Part shown: piece by piece, positions 20,585 through 29,594 of the stretch
How positions within the stretch are numbered: the first letter of the stretch is position 1
How the letters are laid out: each line of letters starts with the position of its first letter
Origin: an uncultured Algibacter sp.
Lineage (GTDB): Bacteria; Bacteroidota; Bacteroidia; Flavobacteriales; Flavobacteriaceae
Reading direction: 5' to 3'
Length of the DNA: 64,000 nt
Assembly: GCF_947495925.1 (NCBI RefSeq)
Contig: NZ_CANMAU010000001.1
Location: 537,523 to 601,522, forward strand
Made by a program: the position numbers and the translations under genes
Notes under the pieces: model-generated
What the model was told of the DNA's origin: nothing
What the model saw: the letters and a program-made list of their open reading frames with translations, nothing else
The model's database searches: none

Positions 20585-20727
20585 ATATGGTTAGTTTAGT
20601 TTTATATTTTAAAAAAAAAATCTTGTTCTTAAATAGAGTTTCTTTCTAATTTATTAATCCCATTTTTAGAGTATGCAATATAGAAAAAAAGACTAAAATT
20701 TTTGTCTAAAAACAAGCCTCATATGGG

Positions 20728-20755
20728 TTGAACTGTAGTAAATGTTTTATATTTG
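20728..20755 (+). promoter_or_regulatory. Candidate Bacteroidota sigma-A promoter for the 20788 gene
   Basis: TTG (20728-20730), 17 nt, then TATATTTG (20748-20755). This matches the TTG / TAnnTTTG consensus and ends 32 nt upstream of the ATG. Confidence 0.35.
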
Positions 20756-20787
20756 AGTAAACTAGAACTAGTAAAATTAAGACTATT

Positions 20788-21417
20788 ATGAAACATACTA
20801 CTTTAAAGCATGTATTTCTAATTCTTATGGCGATTTGCTTCTCAAGCTCAGCCATAGCTCAAGATGAAGACATCAAAGATAAAAAAGAACGTAAAGCCAG
20901 AAGCTCGTTTAAAATATCTGCAGGTGTAAACTTAAACGGCCTTAATATTGACACTGCCGAAAACCCTATAACTTCTGATGCAACCGTTGGTTATAATTTT
21001 GGAATATCATACAAACGAGGACGTTTCTTTTACTATGAAGTTGGAGCAAGGTATAATAAAAGACCTTATGATTTCACTAATTCCTTTGATAGCAGTATGA
21101 CTTCTGATTTTTCGATGTCGGCACTGGACATTCCAATAACAGGAGGTTTAAATATTACTTCGTTTGCAGATCGGCTGGTAGGTGTTAGAGTTTTTGTTAG
21201 TGGTATCCCTTCTTTTGTCCTATCTAAAGATCCTGGAAGCTCACTTGATTCTGAAGATCAAATTGAAAACTTTATTTTTTACGGGCAACTTGGTTTGGGT
21301 GTAGATATTGCATTCTTTTTTGTTGAATTAGGGTTTAATTATGGGTTTGATGACATGGTAAATACCCTAAACTCTAATCCTGCTCAAGGCTACCTTAACC
21401 TAGGTTTCAGATTTTAA
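20788..21417 (+). CDS. Small outer-membrane beta-barrel protein (OmpA-barrel/PorT-like family)
   Basis: It has a signal peptide (SSSAIAQDE), eight or more amphipathic strands, and a C-terminal beta-signal (YLNLGFRF). Confidence 0.6.
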   Translation: MKHTTLKHVFLILMAICFSSSAIAQDEDIKDKKERKARSSFKISAGVNLNGLNIDTAENPITSDATVGYNFGISYKRGRFFYYEVGARYNKRPYDFTNSFDSSMTSDFSMSALDIPITGGLNITSFADRLVGVRVFVSGIPSFVLSKDPGSSLDSEDQIENFIFYGQLGLGVDIAFFFVELGFNYGFDDMVNTLNSNPAQGYLNLGFRF

Positions 21418-21434
21418 AGAAGATTCCCTTTAAA

Positions 21435-21469
21435 TAAAAAAAGCGAACCTTTCAGTTCGCTTTTTTTTT
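21435..21469. terminator. Bidirectional terminator between the OMP gene and fbp
   Basis: The structure is aaaaaaa-agcgaac-ctttca-gttcgct-tttttttt. Confidence 0.75.
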
Positions 21470-21482
21470 ACGTAAATGTTAT

Positions 21483-22490
21483 TTAAAGCATGTTTTTCAT
21501 AAATTCTTCCGCCTTTTCAACCATATTTTTACTTCCACAAATAAACGGAACACGCTGATGTAATTCTGTAGGCTCGACATCCATGGTTCTCGTAAATCCG
21601 TCGCTAGACTTACCATTAGCCTGTTCTGCCAAAAACGCCATAGGATTACATTCATAAAGCAAGCGTAATTTCCCGTTAGGGTTTTTCGAGCTTTGTGGGT
21701 ATAAATAAATCCCTCCTTTAATCATATTTCTATGAAAATCTGAAACCAAAGACCCTATATATCTAGAAGTATACGGTCTGTTTCCTTCTTCTTCTTGACA
21801 ATATTTTATATAATTTTTTATGCCTTGTGGAAAATGAATATAATTCCCCTCATTCACAGAGTAAATATTACCATATTCAGGAAATTTCATATCCGGATGC
21901 GATAAATAAAACGACCCTATTGCAGGGTTCAAAGTAAATCCATTTACACCATCTCCAGTTGTGTAAACCAGCATCGTAGAGGTGCCGTAAACCACGTAAC
22001 CTGCAGCTACTTGTTCACTTCCTTTTTGTAAAAAATCTTCTAATTGGACAGGGGTACCTACTGGTGTTATACGCCTATAAATTGAAAATATAGTTCCCAC
22101 AGAAACATTAACATCAATATTTGACGAACCATCTAAAGGATCAATTAAAACCACATATTTATTTTGATGATTTTCGTCTTGACTATTGATAGCGATAAAA
22201 TCATCTTCTTCTTCACTCGCTATACCGCAAACAATATTTCTTTTTGTAAGCGTTTGAATAAATTTCTCATTAGCATACACATCTAACTTCTGCTGATCTT
22301 CACCTTGAATATTAGTGTCACCCACAGCTCCAATAATATCAACCAATCCTGCCTTATTAACTTCGTGGTTCACAATTTTGGCAGCTAATCTTATGGAATT
22401 TAGTAAGCTTGAAAGTTCCCCTGAAGAATATTGAAAAGACGACTGATTCTCAATAATAAACTCCCCAAGAGTTTGTTTTTTGTTAGACAT
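21483..22490 (-). CDS. fbp: Fructose-1,6-bisphosphatase class I
   Basis: It has the [19 protein letters not shown] metal-binding block and the [14 protein letters not shown] block. Confidence 0.9.
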   Translation of the reverse strand: MSNKKQTLGEFIIENQSSFQYSSGELSSLLNSIRLAAKIVNHEVNKAGLVDIIGAVGDTNIQGEDQQKLDVYANEKFIQTLTKRNIVCGIASEEEDDFIAINSQDENHQNKYVVLIDPLDGSSNIDVNVSVGTIFSIYRRITPVGTPVQLEDFLQKGSEQVAAGYVVYGTSTMLVYTTGDGVNGFTLNPAIGSFYLSHPDMKFPEYGNIYSVNEGNYIHFPQGIKNYIKYCQEEEGNRPYTSRYIGSLVSDFHRNMIKGGIYLYPQSSKNPNGKLRLLYECNPMAFLAEQANGKSSDGFTRTMDVEPTELHQRVPFICGSKNMVEKAEEFMKNML

Positions 22491-22609
22491 ATAAGATAAT
22501 TTTAATTTCTACAAATATCTGCAAAATTTACCTAACTACATCGTTTTCGAAAAGGTAATACATCGAATATCTTTAACTTTAAACTATATTTGACTGAATA
22601 ATAATAACT

Positions 22610-23089
22610 ATGGATTTTACTATTAGAAATGCCCAAATTGAGGACATGCCTCAGGTCCTTAAATTGATTCATGAACTAGCTGTTTTTGAAAAAGAACCAG
22701 ACGCTGTTGAAATCACTTTAAAAGATTTAGAAAATGATGGGTTTGGCAAAATATCCTATTTTCATTGCTTCGTTGCCGAAGTAAATTCTAAGATAGAAGG
22801 AATTGCCTTAATCTATAATAGATACTCTACTTGGAAGGGAAAAGCAATTCATTTAGAAGATTTAATTGTAAGTGAATCTGTTCGTGGTACTGGTATAGGT
22901 ACAGCTCTTCTGGATGAAGTTGTTAAATACGGGCACCAATTAGGTGTTAAACGTATAAATTGGGAAGTACTTGATTGGAATGAACCTGCCATTGCATTTT
23001 ACGAAAAAAAAGGTGCTAATGTGATGCGAGATTGGAACGTGGTACAACTTGGGGAAGAAGGTATTAAATCATATATAGCTAATATATAA
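22610..23089 (+). CDS. GNAT-family N-acetyltransferase
   Basis: It has the acetyl-CoA motif VSESVRGTGIGTALL and is 159 aa. Confidence 0.8.
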   Translation: MDFTIRNAQIEDMPQVLKLIHELAVFEKEPDAVEITLKDLENDGFGKISYFHCFVAEVNSKIEGIALIYNRYSTWKGKAIHLEDLIVSESVRGTGIGTALLDEVVKYGHQLGVKRINWEVLDWNEPAIAFYEKKGANVMRDWNVVQLGEEGIKSYIANI

Positions 23090-23090
23090 G

Positions 23091-24341
23091 ATGCAAGTAT
23101 TCAAATTTGGCGGGGCTTCCATAAAAAATGCGAAAGGTGTAAAAAACTTGATATCTGTTTTACAAAAAACGGGTTATAAGAACACTTTAATTGTTGTTTC
23201 GGCTATGGGTAAAACCACTAATACTTTGGAGCTGGTTGTTAAAAACTATTTTGAAAACAAAAAAGACTTACAAAGTTCATTACAGGAAGTTAAAAAGTAC
23301 CATATTGAAATATTATTAGACTTATTCGATAGTGAAAATCATGAAGCCTTTAAAAAGGTCAATGCTTTTTTTGACGAACTCAATGTTTTATTAAAAACTA
23401 ATAAGTCTCCAGATTATAATTTTGTTTACGATCAAGTTATTGGGTTTGGCGAATTAATTTCTACCACAATCATTAGTACCTATTTAAATGCTGTTGGATT
23501 TAATAATAATTGGGTTGATGCAAGAAATCATATCAAAACAGACAATTACTATAGGAGAGCAAACGTAAACTGGGAAGGTACTCAATCATTAATACACTCC
23601 AATCTAGATACCTCTAGCTTAAATATTACACAAGGCTTTTTAGGAAGTGATGCCAATAATTTTACAACTACTTTAGGTAGAGAGGGCAGCGATTATACTG
23701 CAGCCATTTATGCCTACTGTTTAAATGCAGAAAGTGTTACGATTTGGAAAGATGTTCCTGGAGTCCTAAATGCGGATCCTAGATATTTTGAAAATGCACA
23801 GCTACTTAACCAAATATCATATCGAGAAGCCATAGAGTTAGCCTTCTACGGGGCATCTGTAATACACCCTAAAACATTACAGCCTTTACAACGAAAAGAA
23901 ATTCCGTTACATGTTAAGTCTTTTCTTAAACCAGATTCAGAAGGGACGCAAATTGGTAAAAATGTTACTTTGGAACCTATGATTCCCTGCTTTATAGTCA
24001 AGAAAAATCAGGTTCTTATTTCGTTATCGTCTTTAGATTTTTCTTATATCGTAGAAGAAAACATAAGCGCTATTTTTAAACTACTACATCAATACAAAAT
24101 GAAAGTTGACGTTATTCAAAACTCAGCCATTAGTTTCTCGGTTTGTATTGATAACATTTATAATAATCTGGAGAAATTATTACAACATTTAAAAGCAAAA
24201 TTTAAAGTCTCTTGTTATAATAATGTTTCTCTTTACACCATTCGGCACTATAATCAGCATGCCATAAATGAAATTGAATCAGGTAAAACTGTGTTGTTAA
24301 AACAATTAACTCCAGAAACCGTTCAACTAGTAACTAAATAA
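23091..24341 (+). CDS. lysC: Aspartate kinase (monofunctional)
   Basis: It has the VFKFGGASI N-terminal kinase motif, the LGREGSDYTAA block, and a C-terminal ACT-like region. Confidence 0.85.
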   Translation: MQVFKFGGASIKNAKGVKNLISVLQKTGYKNTLIVVSAMGKTTNTLELVVKNYFENKKDLQSSLQEVKKYHIEILLDLFDSENHEAFKKVNAFFDELNVLLKTNKSPDYNFVYDQVIGFGELISTTIISTYLNAVGFNNNWVDARNHIKTDNYYRRANVNWEGTQSLIHSNLDTSSLNITQGFLGSDANNFTTTLGREGSDYTAAIYAYCLNAESVTIWKDVPGVLNADPRYFENAQLLNQISYREAIELAFYGASVIHPKTLQPLQRKEIPLHVKSFLKPDSEGTQIGKNVTLEPMIPCFIVKKNQVLISLSSLDFSYIVEENISAIFKLLHQYKMKVDVIQNSAISFSVCIDNIYNNLEKLLQHLKAKFKVSCYNNVSLYTIRHYNQHAINEIESGKTVLLKQLTPETVQLVTK

Positions 24342-24362
24342 ACATTTAGTACATTTACACAC

Positions 24363-26195
24363 ATGAGTAAGGAGCAAGATTTAGGATTAGTAAGTGCTAA
24401 GGAAGTTGCCAAAGCTATACAACTAGATAAGTATGGTTTTATTGGAACTTTTATAGGTTGGATTTTAATGAAGGTTCTGAAAATATCAACCCTTAACAAA
24501 GTCTATAAAAGAAACAAACATTTAAGTGAGCTCCCCTTTTTAAATGGTATTTTAGATGATTTTCAAATAAAGTTTGATATTCCTGACGAAGATTTAAAAC
24601 GCTTACCAAAAGAGGGTGCTTATATTACCATATCCAATCATCCCCTTGGAGGTATTGATGGTATTCTTCTCTTAAAATTGATGATAGAACAGCGTAAAGA
24701 TTTTAAAATTATAGCTAACTTTTTGCTACATAGAATCGAACCTATGAAACCATACATCATGCCTGTTAATCCTTTTGAAGATAGAAAAGATGTAAAGTCA
24801 AGTATTGCTGGCTTTAAAAATGCTATCCTTCATTTAAGAGATGGACATCCGTTAGGCATATTTCCTGCCGGAGAAGTGTCCACTTATCGGGATGGTAAGT
24901 TGGTTGTGGATAGACCTTGGGAAGAAACTGCTATGAAATTAGTGAAAAAAGCGGGGGTTCCTGTTGTTCCTATATACTTTCATGCTAAAAATAGTAAGTT
25001 GTTCTATAAACTCTCAAAAATTAGCGATACGTTTAGAACTGCTAAATTACCTTCCGAATTACTTACCCAAAAGCGTCGCACCATAGGTGTAAGAATTGGT
25101 AAACCTATTTCTGTTGAAGACCAAAAAGAACATGCTTCGCTTGACGAATTTACCGAATTTTTAAGACGAAAAACCTATATGCTTTCTAACGCATTTGCAG
25201 ACAAACCCAAAATATTGGATAATATTTCGTCTACCTTAAAAACGCCAAAACCTCCAAAACGCATTATCACCCCAGTTGAGCAGAATTTAATGATCCAGGA
25301 AGTGGATGCACTAAGAGCTAGTGATGACAGACTCTTAGAAAGTAAGAACTATGAGGTGTTTTTAGCCGAAGCTGAAAAAATTCCAAATATCCTCCAAGAA
25401 ATAGGAAGGCTAAGAGAAATTACCTTCAGAGCCGTTGGTGAAGGGACCAATGAAGCTATAGATCTAGATCCATTTGATAAGTATTATCATCATATGTTTT
25501 TATGGGATAATGAAAAAAAAGTACTTGCTGGAGCTTATAGAATGGGGTTGGGGTCAAAAATATTTAAACGTTATGGTATTGATGGATTCTATCTTCAAGA
25601 CCTATTCCGATTTGAACCCGAACTCTATAAAATGATGAGTGAATCCATTGAAATGGGGCGCGCCTTTATTATTAAAGGGTACCAACTAAAACCGATGCCT
25701 TTATTTTTACTTTGGAAAGGCATTGTACATATTACACTGCGCTTCCCGGAGCATAAATTTTTAATAGGTGGTGTGAGTATTAGCAACCAGTTTTCAAACT
25801 TTTCAAAATCCTTGATGATTGAGTTCATGAAATCGCATTACTATGACCCATACATCGCACAATATGTACATCCTAAAAAAGAATTCAAAGTAAAACTAAA
25901 AGATGCTGATAAGGATTTTGTTTTTGACGAAACTGAGGCAGACCTTAATAAGTTTGACAAAATTATTGATGAAATAGAACCAGGAGCACTGCGCTTGCCA
26001 GTACTTCTTAAAAAGTATATCAAACAAAATGCGAAACTAGTTGCTTTTAATGTTGATCCATTATTTAACAACTCCGTTGATGGGCTTATGTATATTAAAA
26101 TAGCCGATCTGCCTGAAAGCACTGTTCGTCCTGTCATGGAAGAGTTTCAGGCAGAGTTAGAAAACAAATTTAAAGAGAGTAAAAAAGAAGCTTAA
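24363..26195 (+). CDS. olsF: Bifunctional O-/N-acyltransferase, OlsF-like aminolipid synthase
   Basis: The N-terminal domain is PlsC-type (ISNHPLGGIDG, FPAGEVS). The C-terminal domain is OlsB/hemolysin-like GNAT (GRLREITFRAVGEGT ... DKYYHHMFLWD). Confidence 0.7.
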   Translation: MSKEQDLGLVSAKEVAKAIQLDKYGFIGTFIGWILMKVLKISTLNKVYKRNKHLSELPFLNGILDDFQIKFDIPDEDLKRLPKEGAYITISNHPLGGIDGILLLKLMIEQRKDFKIIANFLLHRIEPMKPYIMPVNPFEDRKDVKSSIAGFKNAILHLRDGHPLGIFPAGEVSTYRDGKLVVDRPWEETAMKLVKKAGVPVVPIYFHAKNSKLFYKLSKISDTFRTAKLPSELLTQKRRTIGVRIGKPISVEDQKEHASLDEFTEFLRRKTYMLSNAFADKPKILDNISSTLKTPKPPKRIITPVEQNLMIQEVDALRASDDRLLESKNYEVFLAEAEKIPNILQEIGRLREITFRAVGEGTNEAIDLDPFDKYYHHMFLWDNEKKVLAGAYRMGLGSKIFKRYGIDGFYLQDLFRFEPELYKMMSESIEMGRAFIIKGYQLKPMPLFLLWKGIVHITLRFPEHKFLIGGVSISNQFSNFSKSLMIEFMKSHYYDPYIAQYVHPKKEFKVKLKDADKDFVFDETEADLNKFDKIIDEIEPGALRLPVLLKKYIKQNAKLVAFNVDPLFNNSVDGLMYIKIADLPESTVRPVMEEFQAELENKFKESKKEA

Positions 26196-26203
26196 AGAAA
26201 ATA

Positions 26204-27232
26204 ATGAGACCTAAGATTTTTCTAGTTATTTGTTTTTTAAGCCTTAGATATACTTGTATTTCGCAAACCATTACTGGAGTAGTTATAGATGCAAAAACCA
26301 AAAGCCCTATAGAAACTGCCACTGTATATTTTGATAATACAACGCGCGGGGTAGTAACTAATAAAAGAGGACAATTTTCAATTTCTTATAATGAGGCAGT
26401 ACAATCACCGTTAATAGTTTCATTTCTAGGTTACAAAAGACAAATAATTACTGACTATAGAACAAAAAACCAAATTACAATTCAACTAAAAGAAACCAAA
26501 GAAATTTTAGATGAAGTAATTGTAAAAGCAAATGATGGCTTAAGCCGAAAACAAAAATTAAGATTATTTAGAGCAGAATTTTTGGGGACTTCCAAATTTG
26601 GAAAATCTTGCAAAATTTTAAACGAAAATGATCTTGTAATAAGATATCATAAAAAACACAAATTACTAACTGCCAACGTCAAAGCCCCTATTAAAATAGA
26701 AAATAAAGGCTTACAATATTTAATGACTTTCGACATGGAACTTTTTGAAATAAGTTTTAAACATGTTGATGAAGACCAAAATATATTTAACGTCGGTTCC
26801 GTAAAATTCATAGGTAATACCTATTATCAAAACTTAAAAAATTCAGATAAAAAGAAAGTTTTAAAAAACAGAAACAAAGTTTATGCTGGTTCAAGACTAG
26901 AATTTATGCGTGCCCTATATGCAGAAAACCTAGAAGACAACGACTATCAAATATTTTATAACAAACTTAAAACGAACCCATCAAAACATTTTAATTTTAG
27001 ACAACATAACAACCCTCAAGTTAAACTTGTCACACTAAACGAACGCGTGTCTATTCTGTATAACAAAAGAAAACAATCTTCTATAGAATTTTTAAATACT
27101 TCGATTCTTTTGGACGCTTATGGAAATTATACCAATGTAATCAAAGTACGTTTTTCTGGCGCTATGTCTAATCAACGTTTTGGTGATTTATTGCCTTTTA
27201 ATTTTGGAATAATGAATTCTATCCCAAACTAG
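26204..27232 (+). CDS. Carboxypeptidase-regulatory-like domain protein
   Basis: The N-terminal ITGVVIDAKTKSPIETATVYFDNTTRGVVTNKRGQFSI segment matches the CarboxypepD_reg pattern. A signal peptide is present. Confidence 0.6.
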   Translation: MRPKIFLVICFLSLRYTCISQTITGVVIDAKTKSPIETATVYFDNTTRGVVTNKRGQFSISYNEAVQSPLIVSFLGYKRQIITDYRTKNQITIQLKETKEILDEVIVKANDGLSRKQKLRLFRAEFLGTSKFGKSCKILNENDLVIRYHKKHKLLTANVKAPIKIENKGLQYLMTFDMELFEISFKHVDEDQNIFNVGSVKFIGNTYYQNLKNSDKKKVLKNRNKVYAGSRLEFMRALYAENLEDNDYQIFYNKLKTNPSKHFNFRQHNNPQVKLVTLNERVSILYNKRKQSSIEFLNTSILLDAYGNYTNVIKVRFSGAMSNQRFGDLLPFNFGIMNSIPN

Positions 27233-27842
27233 AAAAAACGTACTTCATTTCAGTTGCAATTTGTAAACTTCTTTTGAAATAGGTTTCTGTTTGTTGTGGA
27301 GTACCATCAGACTTTTTAGGATCTTCATAGGTAATTGCTATACGCTTATCGCACCCCAAAACTATTGGACAGGCCTCATCTGCTGAAGAACAAGTCATAA
27401 TCGCCGCAAACTCCGAATCTGGATTAAAATCGTTACTAAACGTTTTAGAAAAGGCTATTACTGATGGCTCATTTTCAGAAAATTTAATACTATAAACAGG
27501 ATTATTTTTTTCTGATAGCTTATCAATTTTAAATCCTTGTTTGCTTAAAGTCTCCCCAACTTTTGGAAACATCTCTGTCGCTTCTGTACCTCCAGAATAG
27601 CAAGACACCTTACTAACATCAAAATAGAAGGCCATAGTTTGCGCCCATATTTGCGATAGATGACTACGGCGTGAATTATGTGTGCAAATAAAATTTAATC
27701 GGATACTCGTCCCAGCTTTAATCTTATCATTTAAATAATCAATTAACGGATTAAGAATCCTTCTCCTTTCTTCCGAAACATCATTAGTATCTAATATATC
27801 TATAGTTTTAGATATCGTTTCAAACACTTTTTTATTATTCAT
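27219..27842 (-). CDS. arsC: LMW-PTP-fold arsenate-reductase-like protein with an N-terminal extension
   Basis: It has the CX5R P-loop (FICTHNSRRS) and a distal Cys pair (TCSSADEACP) like thioredoxin-coupled ArsC. A ~45-aa N-terminal extension is present. It is the last gene of the arsR operon. Confidence 0.7.
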   Translation of the reverse strand: MNNKKVFETISKTIDILDTNDVSEERRRILNPLIDYLNDKIKAGTSIRLNFICTHNSRRSHLSQIWAQTMAFYFDVSKVSCYSGGTEATEMFPKVGETLSKQGFKIDKLSEKNNPVYSIKFSENEPSVIAFSKTFSNDFNPDSEFAAIMTCSSADEACPIVLGCDKRIAITYEDPKKSDGTPQQTETYFKRSLQIATEMKYVFSSLG

Positions 27843-27854
27843 ATATACTTTAAA

Positions 27855-28343
27855 TTAACAACAACCCGAACTAGGCGAACAGCATGATTCAACTTTCTCA
27901 ACTTCTTTTTCGGGAACTCCGCATAGCTCTTTTGCCTTACAATCTGTTTTTTCAATAGCTAATTTGATAATCAAGTTTTTACCTTGTATTTCAAAATCAT
28001 TAACAAATAATTGAGTCGTATGAAATTTACTGTTACTATATTCCAGCTTTAATTCTGCATCTGATGTATAAGGCTTCATTCCTCCTACCTTTTTAAGGAT
28101 AGCTAGGGCTTTATAAACCGCCATATACTCCGTTTTATCTAACTCATTAGGACTTTCCCAGAGTTGAATAATTGTTTCTCTCCACGAATCTATTTGCGAT
28201 CCGCAATCGACAGAATCAACCAAAATATGCTTCACTTCTGTAATATGGTAATTGGCTCCTACTAATAAATTAGGCGCATATTCAAACAATAAAGATTTAT
28301 CTTTATGTTGCTCCAGTACGTTAAAAAATTCTTGTGTTTTCAT
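27855..28343 (-). CDS. Cys-rich uncharacterised protein (resembles DUF6428, from memory)
   Basis: It is 162 aa with no signal peptide. The C-terminal tail is ESCCSPSSGCC, and there are internal Cys in DCGSQ and TDCKAKELCG. It sits between arsR and arsC. Confidence 0.5.
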   Translation of the reverse strand: MKTQEFFNVLEQHKDKSLLFEYAPNLLVGANYHITEVKHILVDSVDCGSQIDSWRETIIQLWESPNELDKTEYMAVYKALAILKKVGGMKPYTSDAELKLEYSNSKFHTTQLFVNDFEIQGKNLIIKLAIEKTDCKAKELCGVPEKEVEKVESCCSPSSGCC

Positions 28344-28393
28344 TTATTCAAGATTTATTAATTTAAATAATGCTTCTAAATGTTTTATTAGAT

Positions 28394-28717
28394 CTAGCAG
28401 CAATTTGATTTTGTATTATTAAAAAATGTATTTAATTCGCTTTGAACTTCAGTCCAGCGTTCTATATTAATACAATAACACATGCTTTTTCCTTCTATTT
28501 CACCTTTAAGTAACCCAACACTTTTAAGTTCCTTTAAATGCTGAGAAATAGTAGCCTGAGCTAATCCAATTTCTTCAACTAAATCATTACAAATACACGA
28601 GTTTTGCTTACTTATATGTTGTAAAATGGCAACTCGGGCAGGATGACCAAGCACTTTAAAAAACTGTGCTAAATCATTTTGTCTTTCGTTGAATATTTGT
28701 GACTTAGTAATCCCCAT
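28394..28717 (-). CDS. arsR: ArsR/SmtB-family metalloregulator
   Basis: It has a winged HTH with the metal-site CxC (NSCICNDLVEEIGLAQATISQHLKELKSVGLL). The track start at 28768 is TTG; the ATG at 28717 gives a typical 107-aa protein. Confidence 0.85.
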   Translation of the reverse strand: MGITKSQIFNERQNDLAQFFKVLGHPARVAILQHISKQNSCICNDLVEEIGLAQATISQHLKELKSVGLLKGEIEGKSMCYCINIERWTEVQSELNTFFNNTKSNCC

Positions 28718-28732
28718 GCTTATTATAATTAT

Positions 28733-28744
28733 ATATTGCAATAT
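28733..28744. promoter_or_regulatory. Perfect 12-bp palindrome ATATTGCAATAT just upstream of arsR
   Basis: It lies 16-27 nt upstream of the preferred arsR ATG. It is a candidate ArsR operator or promoter overlap. Confidence 0.3.
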
Positions 28745-28804
28745 TACGATAATAAAATTAACTATCAAAAAAATAATTAAAAAATAGAAGTTAAAAACGC
28801 CTAT

Positions 28805-28818
28805 AAATCAATTGATTT
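28805..28818. promoter_or_regulatory. Perfect 14-bp palindrome AAATCAATTGATTT in the arsR divergent region
   Basis: The dyad can be seen directly. It is flanked by ctataa / ttatag and followed by a second hairpin, agttggt-N9-accaact (28827-28849). Confidence 0.3.
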
Positions 28819-28931
28819 CCTTTTATAGTTGGTAGCAATTTGACCAACTCGTCCCTTAAAAAGAACAATTCAGTAACTAAATCTTTCAAAAATAAAATTG
28901 TAACCCGAATTTTATATTGAATTAATATCTA

Positions 28932-29417
28932 TTGATAATGCATGACTATGTCAACACACCACTTGGTTGGTTCCATTTTATAACAGCATTGATTTCAATG
29001 CTTTCAGGCACATACGTTTTATTTAAACCAAAAGGAACACAATTACATAAACAGATTGGATATTTATATGTCTTATCAATGATTTTGGCGTGTGGTTCGG
29101 CATTGGGAGTTTATAATATTACAGGTAATTTCGGAGTTTTTCACACCTTAGCAATTGTCGGACTTTTGACTTTGTTTCTTGGAATTTCACCACTTTTCTT
29201 GAAAACCATTAATAGTAAATATAAAATTTTTCATGTATGGTTTATGTATTATTCTGTACTAGGGCTTTATGCAGGATTTATTTCCGAATTAACTTTAAGA
29301 ATACCGGAAAAACCCTCATATAGTATGGTAGGGATAACTTCAGTTGCTGTATTTATATTTGGCTCATTTTTTATATTTTTTAAAGAGAAAACATGGAAAA
29401 GTAATTTTAAATATTAA
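28932..29417 (+). CDS. Hypothetical 5-TM membrane protein
   Basis: It is 161 aa with five hydrophobic helices. It is divergent from arsR. I cannot assign a family with confidence. Confidence 0.5.
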   Translation: MIMHDYVNTPLGWFHFITALISMLSGTYVLFKPKGTQLHKQIGYLYVLSMILACGSALGVYNITGNFGVFHTLAIVGLLTLFLGISPLFLKTINSKYKIFHVWFMYYSVLGLYAGFISELTLRIPEKPSYSMVGITSVAVFIFGSFFIFFKEKTWKSNFKY

Positions 29418-29594
29418 AAACACCCCCAGCAACATGTATAATTGCATTAAGCCTCTACTTGAACTATGCTGCAACGAAATGCATCATTTGTCATAGTATT
29501 TGCTCCATATGAAATAACACTATTTAGAATGATAAAGTATTTTTATCTTGTACCTTCCTAAATTCCGACATTCAAAACAGGAAGACACTATTCA

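Noticed and set aside
20611-20620. An A10 homopolymer lies 27-36 nt upstream of the sulfatase start. It could be a slipped-strand phase-variation tract.
   Set aside because: Homopolymers of A or T this long are common in intergenic DNA of this AT content. No promoter elements could be placed so that the tract would set their spacing.
29418-29594. The region upstream of the HTCS gene holds short Cys-containing mini-ORFs (for example MYNCIKPLLELCCNEMHHLS) and a tgcatt / aatgca inverted repeat.
   Set aside because: The ORFs are 19-30 codons with no supporting features. The inverted repeat is 6 bp with a 35-nt loop. Both are compatible with chance.
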